Below are positions 47,166 to 57,572 of a DNA stretch of 64,000 bases, piece after piece (position 1 is the first letter of the stretch; each line of letters opens with the position of its first letter). A program made the translations under genes and the position numbers. The stretch spans positions 1,953 to 65,952 of the forward strand of contig CAZRZP010000006.1 of the NCBI GenBank assembly GCA_964604645.1. Direction: 5' to 3'. The notes under the pieces are model-generated. The model did not search any database. It saw only the letters and a list, made by a program, of their open reading frames with translations, and was not told the DNA's origin. The stretch comes from an uncultured Methanosarcinales archaeon. Its GTDB lineage: Archaea > Nanobdellota > Nanobdellia > Woesearchaeales > GW2011-AR9.

Positions 47166-47202
47166 ATTAAGTTTGTCTGACATTTTTTAGACCAAACTTA
47201 AT
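47166..47202 (-). terminator. Inverted repeat at the 3' end of the TSP3 adhesin gene (terminator or mRNA-stabilising hairpin)
   Basis: attaagtttg-tctga...ttaga-c-caaacttaat overlaps the stop codon. Confidence 0.45.
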
Positions 47203-50011
47203 ACACAGTTATCTGCCTGTATGCAGTCTCGTGATACTCGTGATTTAGTAAACTTACTTTGATCATGTATGTTCCAGGTTGCATGTAAGCAGGTAACTGG
47301 ACATACAATCTCTTACTTTCTGATTCTCCCTGATCCAAGTCAAAGTTGCTGCTGCTTCTCTTGATACCCAAATCGTATATCATAACTGAAGCACGAACAT
47401 CTTCTAAATCAACGCCGCCGTTGTTAGTAAAGTACATTCCAACGGCAACCACGTCACCAGCCTGAACGAATTCAGGAGCTACTTGAACGGATTTTATTTT
47501 AATTCCAGGAAGATTGATGTCACAAACATCCCCAACACCATTAGCATCGTAATCTCTTTGTAACGGATTAGCAACTAAAGGGCAGTTGTCTGCACCATCA
47601 TCGAAACCATCATTGTCTGAATCTGTGTCACAAAGATCTCCCACGCCATCTTTGTCAGTATCTTCTTGTTTGCTGTTTGCATGTAACGGGCAGTTGTCTA
47701 CGTTATCCTGAACGTTGTCACCATCATCATCACCATCGCAAACGTCTCCACTACCATCGTTATCAGAATCTTTCTGTAGTGGATTCTTCGCCTCAGGGCA
47801 GTTATCAACAGCATCATCAACACCATCACCATCTGTATCAGTTAAAGAATCACAAGCATCGCCCTCACCGTCTTTATCGGTATCCTTCTGATCTTTATTT
47901 TGAACAAGAGGGCAGTTGTCTTTACCATCTTCAATCCCATCATTATCATCATCAGTATCGCATTTATCGCCATCTTTATCATGATCTGTGTCTAATTGAT
48001 CTTTATTTGGAACAAGCGGACAGTTGTCTAACTTGTCTTCAACGCCATCTGCATCAGAATCGTTATCACAAGCGTCTCCCTTGCCATCTTTGTCAGCATC
48101 AGCTTGATCTTTGTTGGCATCTAAAGGACAGTTGTCTTTACCATCTTCAATTCCATCATTATCATCGTCAGTGTCACAAGCATCGCCCTGACCATCTTTA
48201 TCAGTATCAGTTTGATTCTTATTTCCTACTTTTGGACAATTATCTTTATGATCTGGATAACCATCATTATCACTATCAACTGAACCAACACTAATAGTAA
48301 TAGTAGCTAAATCGCTAACTAAACCTTCATTGTCAGTTGCTGTTAATGTAAATTTGTCTTCACCAGCAAACTTATCAGTTGGAGTATAAGTTACATCTGG
48401 CAGAGAGCCGGTTAATTTTCCATTTTTAGGTGAACTAACTAAAGTATAAGTTTTGACAAATCCGTCAACATCATTAGCAGTTACTTTTATTTTTACAGCA
48501 GTATTGTAAGGAGTTGTATACTTTTCGTTTTTTACAATTGGCTTATCTTTTACAGGTAGAATACCAATCGTGGCAGTTTTTACTTCACTTACACCGTCCA
48601 TCTGATCTTTTACTACAAAAGTAAAACCATCTGGACCAAAGTAATCTGCCGAAGGTGTATAAGTCCCTTTCAAACCATTAAAAGTAATGGTTCCATGTTG
48701 TGGTTGAGTAACTGCTTCTGCTGTTAAAGATTTAACATCTTCAGTATCCCCGTCAGTAGCTACGATATTAAGTACAACAGCTGTATCTTCATCTGTACCA
48801 GCAACAAGTCCGTTTGCTTCCGGTTTCTGATTTCTGTCTTTAACTGTAAGAGTAACATGCTTCCAAGCAGAATGATCATATCCATCGTAAGTACTGAAAG
48901 CAAGAGTTACACTTTTACTTTTGCTTGGATGCTTAACATAGTCATTTCCTGGAGTAAAAGTTAATTCTCCAGTCTGTTTATTAAATGTAAATTCTTTAGT
49001 TAATGATTTGTAAGAATTACTAAATGGTTTCTTTTGTTTGTAACAAAAATAATCAAATATGCAAATATTCCAATAAGTAGGTTGATAAATATTAGCACTA
49101 TAAGTTACGTCTTTTTCATTTGAACCAGCTTGAAGAGCAATAGAGTGACTTTCATTTACGGTTGTTGGTCCGCTAACTGTAACAGTAGGAGCTTTATTTG
49201 GAGTTACATGGAAGCCAATTTGTTGTTTAGTTACTCCACCTTTAGCATCAGTTGCAACAACTTTAGCTAAAAACCAACCTGATTCTTTAGGAACACCAGT
49301 GATTAAAACAACGTTTGGAGAAGAAGTTTCTTGCAAAGCAACGCCTTTTGGTAATCCAGGTTTATAGGTATCAACATTCATGTCTTCAATACTCCAAGTA
49401 ATTGCATCTCCTTCTTTATCTTCAGCAACAGCAAAAAATCCAAATCCTTTGCCCGTTCCAGCTTCAACTTCATACAGTGGACCGCCATGGATACTTTTCT
49501 CAGCTTTTGGATTTAATATAATAGTAGGATTAGTATTAGGAACTTTTTCACCTTTAACTTCAAGATTTAATTCAGTAGTAATATCATCTTGCTTGCTGTT
49601 TAAAGAATCAACAGTAGTTGCAAGCTTATACTTTCCAGCAGCGTCTGCTTTAAATGTGATCTCCCTATAGTATTCTGGATTTATGACACCATTATCTAAC
49701 CACGGCTTCCCACTTATTGGCATTACTTTTAATTCTTTACCGTTTGCATCTTTTACTTTTGTAACAGTTACATCTACTGTTTCTCCTTTTTCATTTACTA
49801 AAAGAGAAGTTATTGAATACTTAGCTTTTTTGTCTGCATCTATGTTGATGAGGAAAGTTACTTCATTGCCGGCATTTACAACGAGATTATCTCCAGCAAC
49901 TTTGCCATCAACAACCCATTTACTATAAAGACCAACATCATCACTTGCTGCTGCAAAAGATGCTAGTAAAAAGATAGCTGCAAACAATCCAAAGATTATT
50001 TTATTTTTCAT
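47198..50011 (-). CDS. Secreted adhesin-like protein: Ig/cadherin-like domains, thrombospondin type-3 repeats, C-terminal CARDB-like domain
   Basis: Signal peptide from ATG 50011; [19 protein letters not shown] modules; DxDxDG..D..DNCP...D.D.DG.GD.CD repeats. Confidence 0.85.
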   Translation of the reverse strand: MKNKIIFGLFAAIFLLASFAAASDDVGLYSKWVVDGKVAGDNLVVNAGNEVTFLINIDADKKAKYSITSLLVNEKGETVDVTVTKVKDANGKELKVMPISGKPWLDNGVINPEYYREITFKADAAGKYKLATTVDSLNSKQDDITTELNLEVKGEKVPNTNPTIILNPKAEKSIHGGPLYEVEAGTGKGFGFFAVAEDKEGDAITWSIEDMNVDTYKPGLPKGVALQETSSPNVVLITGVPKESGWFLAKVVATDAKGGVTKQQIGFHVTPNKAPTVTVSGPTTVNESHSIALQAGSNEKDVTYSANIYQPTYWNICIFDYFCYKQKKPFSNSYKSLTKEFTFNKQTGELTFTPGNDYVKHPSKSKSVTLAFSTYDGYDHSAWKHVTLTVKDRNQKPEANGLVAGTDEDTAVVLNIVATDGDTEDVKSLTAEAVTQPQHGTITFNGLKGTYTPSADYFGPDGFTFVVKDQMDGVSEVKTATIGILPVKDKPIVKNEKYTTPYNTAVKIKVTANDVDGFVKTYTLVSSPKNGKLTGSLPDVTYTPTDKFAGEDKFTLTATDNEGLVSDLATITISVGSVDSDNDGYPDHKDNCPKVGNKNQTDTDKDGQGDACDTDDDNDGIEDGKDNCPLDANKDQADADKDGKGDACDNDSDADGVEDKLDNCPLVPNKDQLDTDHDKDGDKCDTDDDNDGIEDGKDNCPLVQNKDQKDTDKDGEGDACDSLTDTDGDGVDDAVDNCPEAKNPLQKDSDNDGSGDVCDGDDDGDNVQDNVDNCPLHANSKQEDTDKDGVGDLCDTDSDNDGFDDGADNCPLVANPLQRDYDANGVGDVCDINLPGIKIKSVQVAPEFVQAGDVVAVGMYFTNNGGVDLEDVRASVMIYDLGIKRSSSNFDLDQGESESKRLYVQLPAYMQPGTYMIKVSLLNHEYHETAYRQITVY
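47515..48280 (-). repeat. Thrombospondin type-3 Ca-binding repeats (7 DNCP units)
   Basis: Repeated gacaactg(t/c)cc-type codon blocks with about 36-aa periodicity. Confidence 0.85.
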
Positions 50012-50012
50012 T

Positions 50013-51527
50013 TTAAAAATCAATTTCAATTCCGCCAATAACCGCGGTTCCAGTTTTTCCGTTAGCTCTTGCTTGTAAAACTGCCCTAACTTTCTTACCT
50101 GCAGATATTCCAGCGGAAGCTTCTCCAGTTAATTCAGATTCTTCACCAGTAATTGGTTGTTGAGTTTCACCATTGATGGTAACTATTTTATTTCTCTGTT
50201 CATCAACCATGCTAGCTCCCAATCTTCCAAAAACTCTTAACCAACTAGTTACATCGTAAGCTACTTGAACCCCTGCACCAGCAGTTCTAGTAAAAGTAGT
50301 TTCATCAGTTACTTGTTTTTCTAGAACACCAACTTGCCCAGGAGGCCTTTGGTCTCTTAAAGTTAATTTACCTAATTGTGGATGTGTTAAATTAGCATAA
50401 CCGCCAATCCAACCATTAGTTCCAAACGGTGCATTAATACTACCATCTAAATCGCCCATAAAATTGCCTTTACCATAAATTCCACGTAAAGCAAGAGTAA
50501 CAAGATTCTTTCTATCTGCTATTAAGCCAGAATCAGGAGTAGATCCATCAGGTAAAGGAACTGCTCCAGACTGAGTTGCTCCATTAGGTAAAGGAACTGC
50601 TCCACTGCGAGTTGCGCCATTTGGAAGTGGAACTGCGTTAGCACCAACATTAGTTGCTGTTGCGCCAGTTGCTAAGGGTAATCCACGTGCACCGCAACCT
50701 TGGGTTGCAATCCTTTTTACTGCAGACTTATAAGTTGTTAAAGCAGTTGAATAAGCCGCATTAGCAGTTTGTTTATTTTTCATTAACTCTGTAACAATAT
50801 CTTTATTGCCTGCATTTGCACCATTTCCATTATTGACAAAATCAAAAGGACTTAAGTGGCGAGAAACAGTTTTTCCCTGAGAACCTAAGAAATTAGTAAT
50901 ATCTGTCTCTGCTTTTTTAACCGCAGTTTGAGCTAGATAAACAGCTTTCTCTTTCTTATCAAGTTCTGCAGCTTCAGCTGAACATTGATTATTTGCTACC
51001 CTATTTAGAAAATCTGCAATACTTCCACCTTTTCTTCTTGATTTTTGATGAGTATCGTAACATCGAACTTTAGAAGGTTGCCCTAAACATAAATTTTTTT
51101 TAAATTGATTATAGCCTGCTTTCCTTGCAACAGCATTTGTTACACAGTCTCCCCTTCCCCAGAACGCATCTTTACATGCTTTCCCATTATAGAGAGGATC
51201 ATTACTTTTATTATTAGCTGGTTTAACTGCTGGTTTCGCAGTTGAAGTTGGACATAGCAAATCTACTTTTTCTCCGCCTTCTAATGTGGCCTCAACTGAT
51301 GTAACGCCAGGTCCACATTCAATTTTTTGTTTCGTTTTTAGACGAGTAGAACCAGGATTAGAGATAGCATATTGCGCCATAATTGGACTTGCTACTAAAC
51401 CAATAGCTGCTGCACCAGTTGCGACATATTTAGCAGAATCTGATGCAATATTATTAACATAATTAAGAGTTTCTTTTACTACAGTACTTAGAAGAGTTGG
51501 TTTTTGTGATTTACCGGAATATTCCAT
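50013..51527 (-). CDS. Secreted protein with a C-terminal outer-membrane beta-barrel-like domain
   Basis: ATG 51527 follows GGAGGT. Hydrophobic signal (..ASPIMA-Q), Cys-rich and helical regions, AVPLPNGAT repeats, then amphipathic strands ending GGIEIDF. Confidence 0.6.
   Translation of the reverse strand: MEYSGKSQKPTLLSTVVKETLNYVNNIASDSAKYVATGAAAIGLVASPIMAQYAISNPGSTRLKTKQKIECGPGVTSVEATLEGGEKVDLLCPTSTAKPAVKPANNKSNDPLYNGKACKDAFWGRGDCVTNAVARKAGYNQFKKNLCLGQPSKVRCYDTHQKSRRKGGSIADFLNRVANNQCSAEAAELDKKEKAVYLAQTAVKKAETDITNFLGSQGKTVSRHLSPFDFVNNGNGANAGNKDIVTELMKNKQTANAAYSTALTTYKSAVKRIATQGCGARGLPLATGATATNVGANAVPLPNGATRSGAVPLPNGATQSGAVPLPDGSTPDSGLIADRKNLVTLALRGIYGKGNFMGDLDGSINAPFGTNGWIGGYANLTHPQLGKLTLRDQRPPGQVGVLEKQVTDETTFTRTAGAGVQVAYDVTSWLRVFGRLGASMVDEQRNKIVTINGETQQPITGEESELTGEASAGISAGKKVRAVLQARANGKTGTAVIGGIEIDF
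50545..50640 (-). repeat. 36-bp coding repeat ([12 protein letters not shown]), about 2.7 copies
   Basis: [32 protein letters not shown]. Confidence 0.8.
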
Positions 51528-51762
51528 TTTTTGTTGACCTCCAACGATAATACTACTCGAAAGTAGACACTTCTTTATAAATTTTTTGGATTTTGCTAAC
51601 GTAGAGTAGTGACGTCGCACTTTACTGCAAGCTTACCCACCCAGTTCATTTATATGATTAATGGAATAAATATAATGGAACGTGAAAGATAGAACATAAC
51701 CATTAAATTGGTAAAAATGAAAAAAAGAGTATAAAAAATAAAATAACAATAAGTAATATAAA

Positions 51763-52941
51763 TTAAAAAAATTGGCGCCAGACTTGTTGTAATATTCCAA
51801 AAAAGAAAACTAACATGATTAACCAACCAAGAACTGTAAAGCGAGACATAGTATATTCTGGCTTTCTTTTTCCAACTAATTTAGCTTTCCAAAACATTAA
51901 GATAATAATTATCCCCTCAATACCACCGGCAAAAGCACCAGTTGCCCCTAGCACTGCGAGAAAAGTTGTGAGGTTAAATGAAGCAATTATCAAAGGCAGA
52001 GAAAAAGTAAGAAGTAATGCTGTATTATTAGAAAAGCCATAATCATATTTGTAAGTTTGGATAAGTGCAAGCCCGAGGGTAAGAAATGATGTAAACATTG
52101 CTAAAGCTGCTAAAACATTAGCCAATGCTCCCAACAAAGGATGAGAATAAAAACTTAAAGCCACTGTAGCAATCCTTTCATTTGGTTCTAATAATTCAAA
52201 ATTCTCTAATCCTATAAGCCCACCAATCACTATTGAAAAAATAATATAGATAACTATCGGCAAAATTGAACCAATAATGATGGCTTTCTTCATCAATTTT
52301 TTATTTTTTCCAAGAATCTCTTGGATTTCAGGTATTGCTGGAGATCCCAAAAAGGCAAATAGAATGACACCATAAGGAAGTAAAAAGAAAGCTGGATTGA
52401 ATGTAGAAAAATTTTCAACTGAAATGTCATCAAATGATATGAAAGAGATTAGTACAATAATAAACATCAACAAAGAAATTAAAATTAATTCAGCTTTACC
52501 CGTAGCTTTAACCCCTTTGTAAATAATTAGGAAAGTAATTGTGAAAAATAATATTGTGAAAAAAAGCGGATTTGCAAAGCCAAATAAAGAAAATAAAGTT
52601 GCTCCTTCACCAATCAAATAAGCAGTCAAAGCACCATAAATCGCTATTAACATAGAAAAAGTCATTAGACGTTTTCCCCAAGGGCCTAAATATAATTCAG
52701 CATATCCGGGAAGTTGATGTTGTTTTTTCGTTCTTAAAACAACTTCACCCATAAAGAGATTTAGAAAAATAAAACCAACCCCTATTAATGCAATTAAAAT
52801 GCACCCATAAAGAAATCCAGCTTTTGCAATTACATAAGGAATTCCCAAAATGCCTGCGCCAACTATTGTTCCAACTAAAGTCGTTACTGCAGTTGCTAAT
52901 GGACCTATCCGAGAATTTATTTTTTTCTTCTTACTTAACAT
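51763..52941 (-). CDS. Amino-acid permease (aromatic amino acid/APC-like)
   Basis: GTIVGAGILGIPY, about 11 TM segments, TSFL.LG. Confidence 0.88.
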   Translation of the reverse strand: MLSKKKKINSRIGPLATAVTTLVGTIVGAGILGIPYVIAKAGFLYGCILIALIGVGFIFLNLFMGEVVLRTKKQHQLPGYAELYLGPWGKRLMTFSMLIAIYGALTAYLIGEGATLFSLFGFANPLFFTILFFTITFLIIYKGVKATGKAELILISLLMFIIVLISFISFDDISVENFSTFNPAFFLLPYGVILFAFLGSPAIPEIQEILGKNKKLMKKAIIIGSILPIVIYIIFSIVIGGLIGLENFELLEPNERIATVALSFYSHPLLGALANVLAALAMFTSFLTLGLALIQTYKYDYGFSNNTALLLTFSLPLIIASFNLTTFLAVLGATGAFAGGIEGIIIILMFWKAKLVGKRKPEYTMSRFTVLGWLIMLVFFFGILQQVWRQFF

Positions 52942-53975
52942 CAGCTAGGCACCATACCAAACAACATGCTAGTTGAATAGATCTTGGTAAGAATATCAAC
53001 GTTCTGCGTTATTAATACTTCAACAAGAGCGCCAATAATAAAAAGTAAGATTGCAAACACAAACAACATATAATTGTAAAAGAAAACCTCTTTGTATTGA
53101 ATCTCTTTAATACCGTGAAAGATAAACTGCAGAATGATGAGAACAATAACAATTTGAGAAAGAATAGACACCCAGACAGGAAGCGTATAAAAATTCATGA
53201 TCTGACGTAAACCTATGAAAATAACTGTACCCAAACCAAAGAACAACATTATTTTTTTGATAAAGCTAGTCTTTCTAACAACTTCTTTAGAGATGATATT
53301 TCCGGCGACAGCGGCCATTATGTAAGACAATCCTTCTAACAGAATAAATGGAAAACTAAGCGCCAATACAATAAAGAATAATTTGATAGAAGAACCGCCG
53401 CCAGTATAGAGAGAGGAAGTTATGGCGCGATAGCCAAGAATTACACCCCATGAAGAAGCGTTCCAAGTAACAAAGAAAATACCCCCGTCTTTTACCAAAA
53501 TAGAAATAACAAAAATTGTTAACAATATCCACCAGTTGTTTGCTAAGATTGTCCAAAAATTCTTAAATACAAAAGTAGCACCACCTTGCATAAAATCTAG
53601 CATCAACTGCCCACGGAAAGCACTTAGAACATCAATCCCAAATAAGTTAAAGATAAAGACAAATAAAGCATAAGTTGTGAAAATAGAAAGGAAAAGGAAT
53701 AAGTAAGTCGTAACAGCTTTTTTATTATCAATATAGAGTTCCCTAATGGAAAATGAAATCTCTTTCTCTTCCATTAATTCTTCTTCCTTAAAGAGATGTT
53801 CAAGAAGCGGTAAGATTAGTAAAGATGTTAAGAAAACTGAGATAAGACCAGAATTCGCACCAAATAATAAACCAGAAATTAATATAGATAATGACGAAAA
53901 AACAAAGCCAATTATTAAACTATACCTTAATCTTTTTTCTGTCCAATTATCTGGAAAAATATGTTCAAGTACCAT
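52941..53975 (-). other.  Confidence 0.
52941..53975 (-). CDS. SpoIIM-like multi-pass membrane protein (paralog of 6265-7086)
   Basis: MVLE start, ILANN, TWNAS..G, LEG.SY.MAAVAG, GALVE. Confidence 0.7.
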   Translation of the reverse strand: MVLEHIFPDNWTEKRLRYSLIIGFVFSSLSILISGLLFGANSGLISVFLTSLLILPLLEHLFKEEELMEEKEISFSIRELYIDNKKAVTTYLFLFLSIFTTYALFVFIFNLFGIDVLSAFRGQLMLDFMQGGATFVFKNFWTILANNWWILLTIFVISILVKDGGIFFVTWNASSWGVILGYRAITSSLYTGGGSSIKLFFIVLALSFPFILLEGLSYIMAAVAGNIISKEVVRKTSFIKKIMLFFGLGTVIFIGLRQIMNFYTLPVWVSILSQIVIVLIILQFIFHGIKEIQYKEVFFYNYMLFVFAILLFIIGALVEVLITQNVDILTKIYSTSMLFGMVPS

Positions 53976-54047
53976 TGTAAGTCCCCCTGCACGAATGCAA
54001 CCAAATGTATATCATTTTCTCAATAGTTTTTTCTATCATTTAAAACC

Positions 54048-54752
54048 TCAATAAATAATGCCAATTAAAACCCCTTCTATCTGTTTAAATCGCACATTTT
54101 CTGGATCAATATGTTCCAAATTATCTCCTTTAAATTTTGAATACCATCCTTGGTCATCTGAATTAATTTCTACTACCCTATGCACTATAGTCTGTTTGGC
54201 TATTTCTGAATGGTAGAAAGCCACGTCCCCTTCATGTAACTGTCCTTCTGATTTTAGAGGAACACTTAACGCATTAGCTCCTATATCTAAAACTGGGTCC
54301 ATTGAATTTGTATCAGCAATATTCCACCAAAAAACATCTTTCACGTTTAATTCTACTTTATTTTTTAAGACCCTTAATTGATTTTGTTTAACATGATCAA
54401 AAGGTGAATCTTTTTCTGTTTGAAATATTTGAGTTGGTTGCTTTTCTTGTTTATCTAAATCATCAGCCAATGACTTCCTTTCTTTCAATATTAATTCATT
54501 TTCTGACTGTAAACCGCCAATTTCTGCTTTCAATCGTAATTTTTCTTTCTCAGCTTCATAGAGTTGCATCTCTAATCTTTCAGTTTCTGAAGAATAATCT
54601 TGTGATGGTTCACTGTTAAATATTGTATAAACCGAAAATGAACCGGTGGCGATTAAGAGAATTATTAGAAGAATAACACTTCCTGAATGTGAATCTAAAT
54701 TAGCCTTACCAGTAGCAGAAACTACATCAGTGTTCACCTCTTTTTCTTCCAT
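54048..54752 (-). CDS. Signal peptidase S26-like protein with a coiled-coil stalk
   Basis: TM helix, heptad-rich segment, TNSMDP (catalytic Ser), GD, IVHRVV, KGDN...D. Confidence 0.75.
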   Translation of the reverse strand: MEEKEVNTDVVSATGKANLDSHSGSVILLIILLIATGSFSVYTIFNSEPSQDYSSETERLEMQLYEAEKEKLRLKAEIGGLQSENELILKERKSLADDLDKQEKQPTQIFQTEKDSPFDHVKQNQLRVLKNKVELNVKDVFWWNIADTNSMDPVLDIGANALSVPLKSEGQLHEGDVAFYHSEIAKQTIVHRVVEINSDDQGWYSKFKGDNLEHIDPENVRFKQIEGVLIGIIY

Positions 54753-54760
54753 AGGGAAAA

Positions 54761-54883
54761 TGGGGATACTGGGATTCGAACCCAGATCTAAGGCTTGCTT
54801 CAGGAAAGGTTTTTTTCATTGTCTTTTGACTCAACCCTCCATTACTGGAGGCCCCTATTCTAGCCAGGTTATACTATATCCCC
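54761..54883 (-). tRNA. tRNA-Trp(CCA) with a 49-nt intron at 37/38 (54796-54844)
   Basis: Acceptor stem GGGGATA/TATCCCC with A73; anticodon arm GGGGC-CT-CCA-G^A-GCCTT; T arm CTGGG-TTCGAAT-CCCAG. Confidence 0.92.
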
Positions 54884-54963
54884 TTACAGTATGGGAATCT
54901 CTTACGTTTATTAAGGTTTTTGTTCGGAAGTTTAATAATAAAGCAGTGTTAGGTGACAAAAAA

Positions 54964-56025
54964 ATGATTACACTTGATGGTTCTTATGGGGAAGGAGGAG
55001 GTGCTTTAGTTAGAACCGCGCTTGCTTTGTCAACATTAACAGGTAAAAGCTTTACAGTTAACAATATCAGAGCAGGAAGACCTAAACCTGGATTGAAAGC
55101 ACAACATTTGACAGCAATAAATGCTCTTAAACAAATATGTAAGGCTGAAACCAATGAAGTCTTACTTGGAACAACTGAACTTACATTTAAACCTGGAAAA
55201 ATAAAATCAGGTAGATACGATATCGATATTGGCACAGCAGGCAGCATCACATTACTTTTACAATCTTTAATCTTACCGGCAATGTTTGCTCCAGGACCAA
55301 TTACACTTACAGTAATCGGAGGAACTTGCGGAAAATGGCAAGCTTCAGTTGACTACTTACAAAATATTTTGTCTCCAATTCTGCAAAGATTTGCCAAAAT
55401 TGAATTAAAAATATTGAAAAGAGGATATTATCCAAAAGGAGGAGGAAAGATAGAATTGAAAATTAGACCCATCCTTAATTTGCAAGAAGCTTCATTTTGG
55501 GAAGAATTACAACTAAAATTTCCAAAATTTAATTTACAATCATCTGGTGATTTGCAGCAAATTCGTGGAGTGGTAAACGTTTCTGAAGAATTAGCAGAAA
55601 AGGAAGTTGGAGAAAGAATATCTCTTGCCGCTGAGAGATTCTTAAAAAAGTATGAAGTTCCAGTTAATATTAGGGTTGAATATGCAAAAGCCTTGAGCAT
55701 AGGTGGAGAAGTAATTCTTTGGAGTGTTAATGGAGATAGTTATGAGAATGGTCGGAAGGCAGGAGATGCACTAGTAGAGCCAAGAAAAAGTTCAGAACAG
55801 ATTGGAAAGGAAGCAGCTGAAGAATTAAGTAATCAAATTGATCAGAATTTTGGGATTGACAAATTTGCTGCAGATATGTTAATTCATTTCATGGCATTAC
55901 TTCCCGGTTCCATTATTACCTCAGAAATTTCTAATCATTTAAAGACAAACATCTATGTTACTGAGAAATTTTTGCCAGTGGGTTTCAAAATAGAAAAAAA
56001 TAGTGTTAGTATATCTTCTCTGTAA
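54964..56025 (+). CDS. rtcA: RNA 3'-terminal phosphate cyclase
   Basis: LDGSYGEGGG, IRAGR.KPGL.AQHL, TAGSITL, RGYYPKGGG, SNHLKTN (adenylated His). Start moved to ATG 54964. Confidence 0.95.
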   Translation: MITLDGSYGEGGGALVRTALALSTLTGKSFTVNNIRAGRPKPGLKAQHLTAINALKQICKAETNEVLLGTTELTFKPGKIKSGRYDIDIGTAGSITLLLQSLILPAMFAPGPITLTVIGGTCGKWQASVDYLQNILSPILQRFAKIELKILKRGYYPKGGGKIELKIRPILNLQEASFWEELQLKFPKFNLQSSGDLQQIRGVVNVSEELAEKEVGERISLAAERFLKKYEVPVNIRVEYAKALSIGGEVILWSVNGDSYENGRKAGDALVEPRKSSEQIGKEAAEELSNQIDQNFGIDKFAADMLIHFMALLPGSIITSEISNHLKTNIYVTEKFLPVGFKIEKNSVSISSL

Positions 56026-56099
56026 GCAAAAAATATTTATAACCAAGCAAACTATTAATTACACCTGTAAGTGGTTTTAGCTTTTCAGGAGGTGTTATA

Positions 56100-57572
56100 A
56101 TGACAAGAGCAAGGTGGTCTTCAAGAACGATTTTTTTATTTGCAGCTATTGGTTCAGCAGTAGGTTTAGGAAATGTATGGCGTTTTCCTTATTTAACATA
56201 TAAATTCGGTGGAGGAGCTTTTTTAATTCCATATTTAATAGCCCTTATTGTTTTAGGAATTCCTCTTCTGTTATTAGAGTTCGCAATAGGACAAAAACTG
56301 CAAAAAGGAGCAGTTGATGCATTCAAAACTGTTAATCATAGATTAAGAGGAATTGGTGTTGGAGCGATATTTTCCGGTTTTGTAGTGGTAATATACTATA
56401 GCGCAGTTATGGCATGGTCATTAGTTTTTCTAATAAATTCTTTTCAAGCCAAGCTCCCTTGGGCAGATGATGCAAAAGGTTTTTTCTTTAATGGCGTTTT
56501 ACAAATTTCGGACAGTATTGGAGATATTGGCGGAGTAAATTGGTACCTTTTCTTCGGTTTAGCTGCTGTCTGGATTGCAATATATTTTAGTGTTTGGAAA
56601 GGAGTTAAAAGTGTGGGTAAAGTTGTTGCAATTACAATGCCTCTACCTCTAATTCTTCTAGTTGTTTTGTTCATTCGCGGAATAACATTGGAAGGAGCAG
56701 GAACTGGAATCTTCTATTACTTAAATCCTAATTTTTCGGTGTTGTTTAATACAGAAATATGGCTAGCTGCTGCTTCCCAAATATTCTTCACATTAAGTTT
56801 GGGGTTTGGAATAATGATTGCTTATGCTAGCTATAATAAAGAAACACAAGACGTATCTGGTGACGCTTTTGTTACATCAGTTGCAAATTCAGCAATCAGT
56901 TTGTTTGCAGGTTTTGTTGTATTCGCTGTTCTTGGACACATGGCAACTTCAACAGGAGTTGGAATTGAAGAAGTTGTAGCAAGTGGACCTGGCTTAGCTT
57001 TTGTTGTATTTCCGAAAGCACTTTCGTTATTACCAGGAGCGTGGATATTTGCAACTCTGTTCTTTGTTACCCTACTGAGTTTGGGGATTGACAGTGCTTT
57101 CTCTTTAGTGGAATCAGTTAACACAGTTTTTGCTGACAGGGCTAAGAAATCAGATTTGAAGAAAATTTCATTTTATGTATGCAGCGTTTGCTTCATATTA
57201 GGAATAATATTTACAACACGTGCCGGATTGTATTTCTTAGATGTAATTGATCACTTTGTTACTAACTTTGGTTTAGTTTTAGTTGGGATATTTGAATGCT
57301 TAGCAGTAGGATGGGTTTACGGAGCAGATAGGTTAAGGCAGTACATTAACAGTGTGAGCCATTGGAAAGTTGGTAGGTGGTGGAATCATCTGATAAAATG
57401 GGTAATTCCAATAATTCTTGGTTTATTAGTTGCTGTGCAATTTGTCAAAGAATTAGGTGGAAATTATGAAGGTTATCCTGACTGGGCGATATGGATGGGA
57501 TGGACTACAGTAATTATTCCTATTTTAGTTGGAATTGGTTTGGCTCTAAAACCAAAAGAAGTAAAGGTTTGA
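56100..57572 (+). CDS. Sodium-dependent transporter, NSS (LeuT-like) family
   Basis: GSAVGLGNVWRFPY, GGGAF, QIFFTLSLGFG, GPGLAF, GIDS. Confidence 0.95.
   Translation: MTRARWSSRTIFLFAAIGSAVGLGNVWRFPYLTYKFGGGAFLIPYLIALIVLGIPLLLLEFAIGQKLQKGAVDAFKTVNHRLRGIGVGAIFSGFVVVIYYSAVMAWSLVFLINSFQAKLPWADDAKGFFFNGVLQISDSIGDIGGVNWYLFFGLAAVWIAIYFSVWKGVKSVGKVVAITMPLPLILLVVLFIRGITLEGAGTGIFYYLNPNFSVLFNTEIWLAAASQIFFTLSLGFGIMIAYASYNKETQDVSGDAFVTSVANSAISLFAGFVVFAVLGHMATSTGVGIEEVVASGPGLAFVVFPKALSLLPGAWIFATLFFVTLLSLGIDSAFSLVESVNTVFADRAKKSDLKKISFYVCSVCFILGIIFTTRAGLYFLDVIDHFVTNFGLVLVGIFECLAVGWVYGADRLRQYINSVSHWKVGRWWNHLIKWVIPIILGLLVAVQFVKELGGNYEGYPDWAIWMGWTTVIIPILVGIGLALKPKEVKV

Noticed and set aside
47515-48280. Periodic repeats as CRISPR or DGR template/variable repeats
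   Set aside because: They are explained by TSP3 protein repeats with synonymous variation; there is no reverse transcriptase or adenine-specific pattern.
47677-48294. His-rich 205-aa ORF on the + strand
   Set aside because: It is the antisense shadow of Asp-rich TSP3 codons. The other short ORFs antisense to well-supported genes were rejected for the same reason.
54646-54963. N-terminal extension of the 459-aa RtcA ORF
   Set aside because: It overlaps tRNA-Trp and the S26 gene on the other strand; RtcA homology starts at MITLDG (54964).
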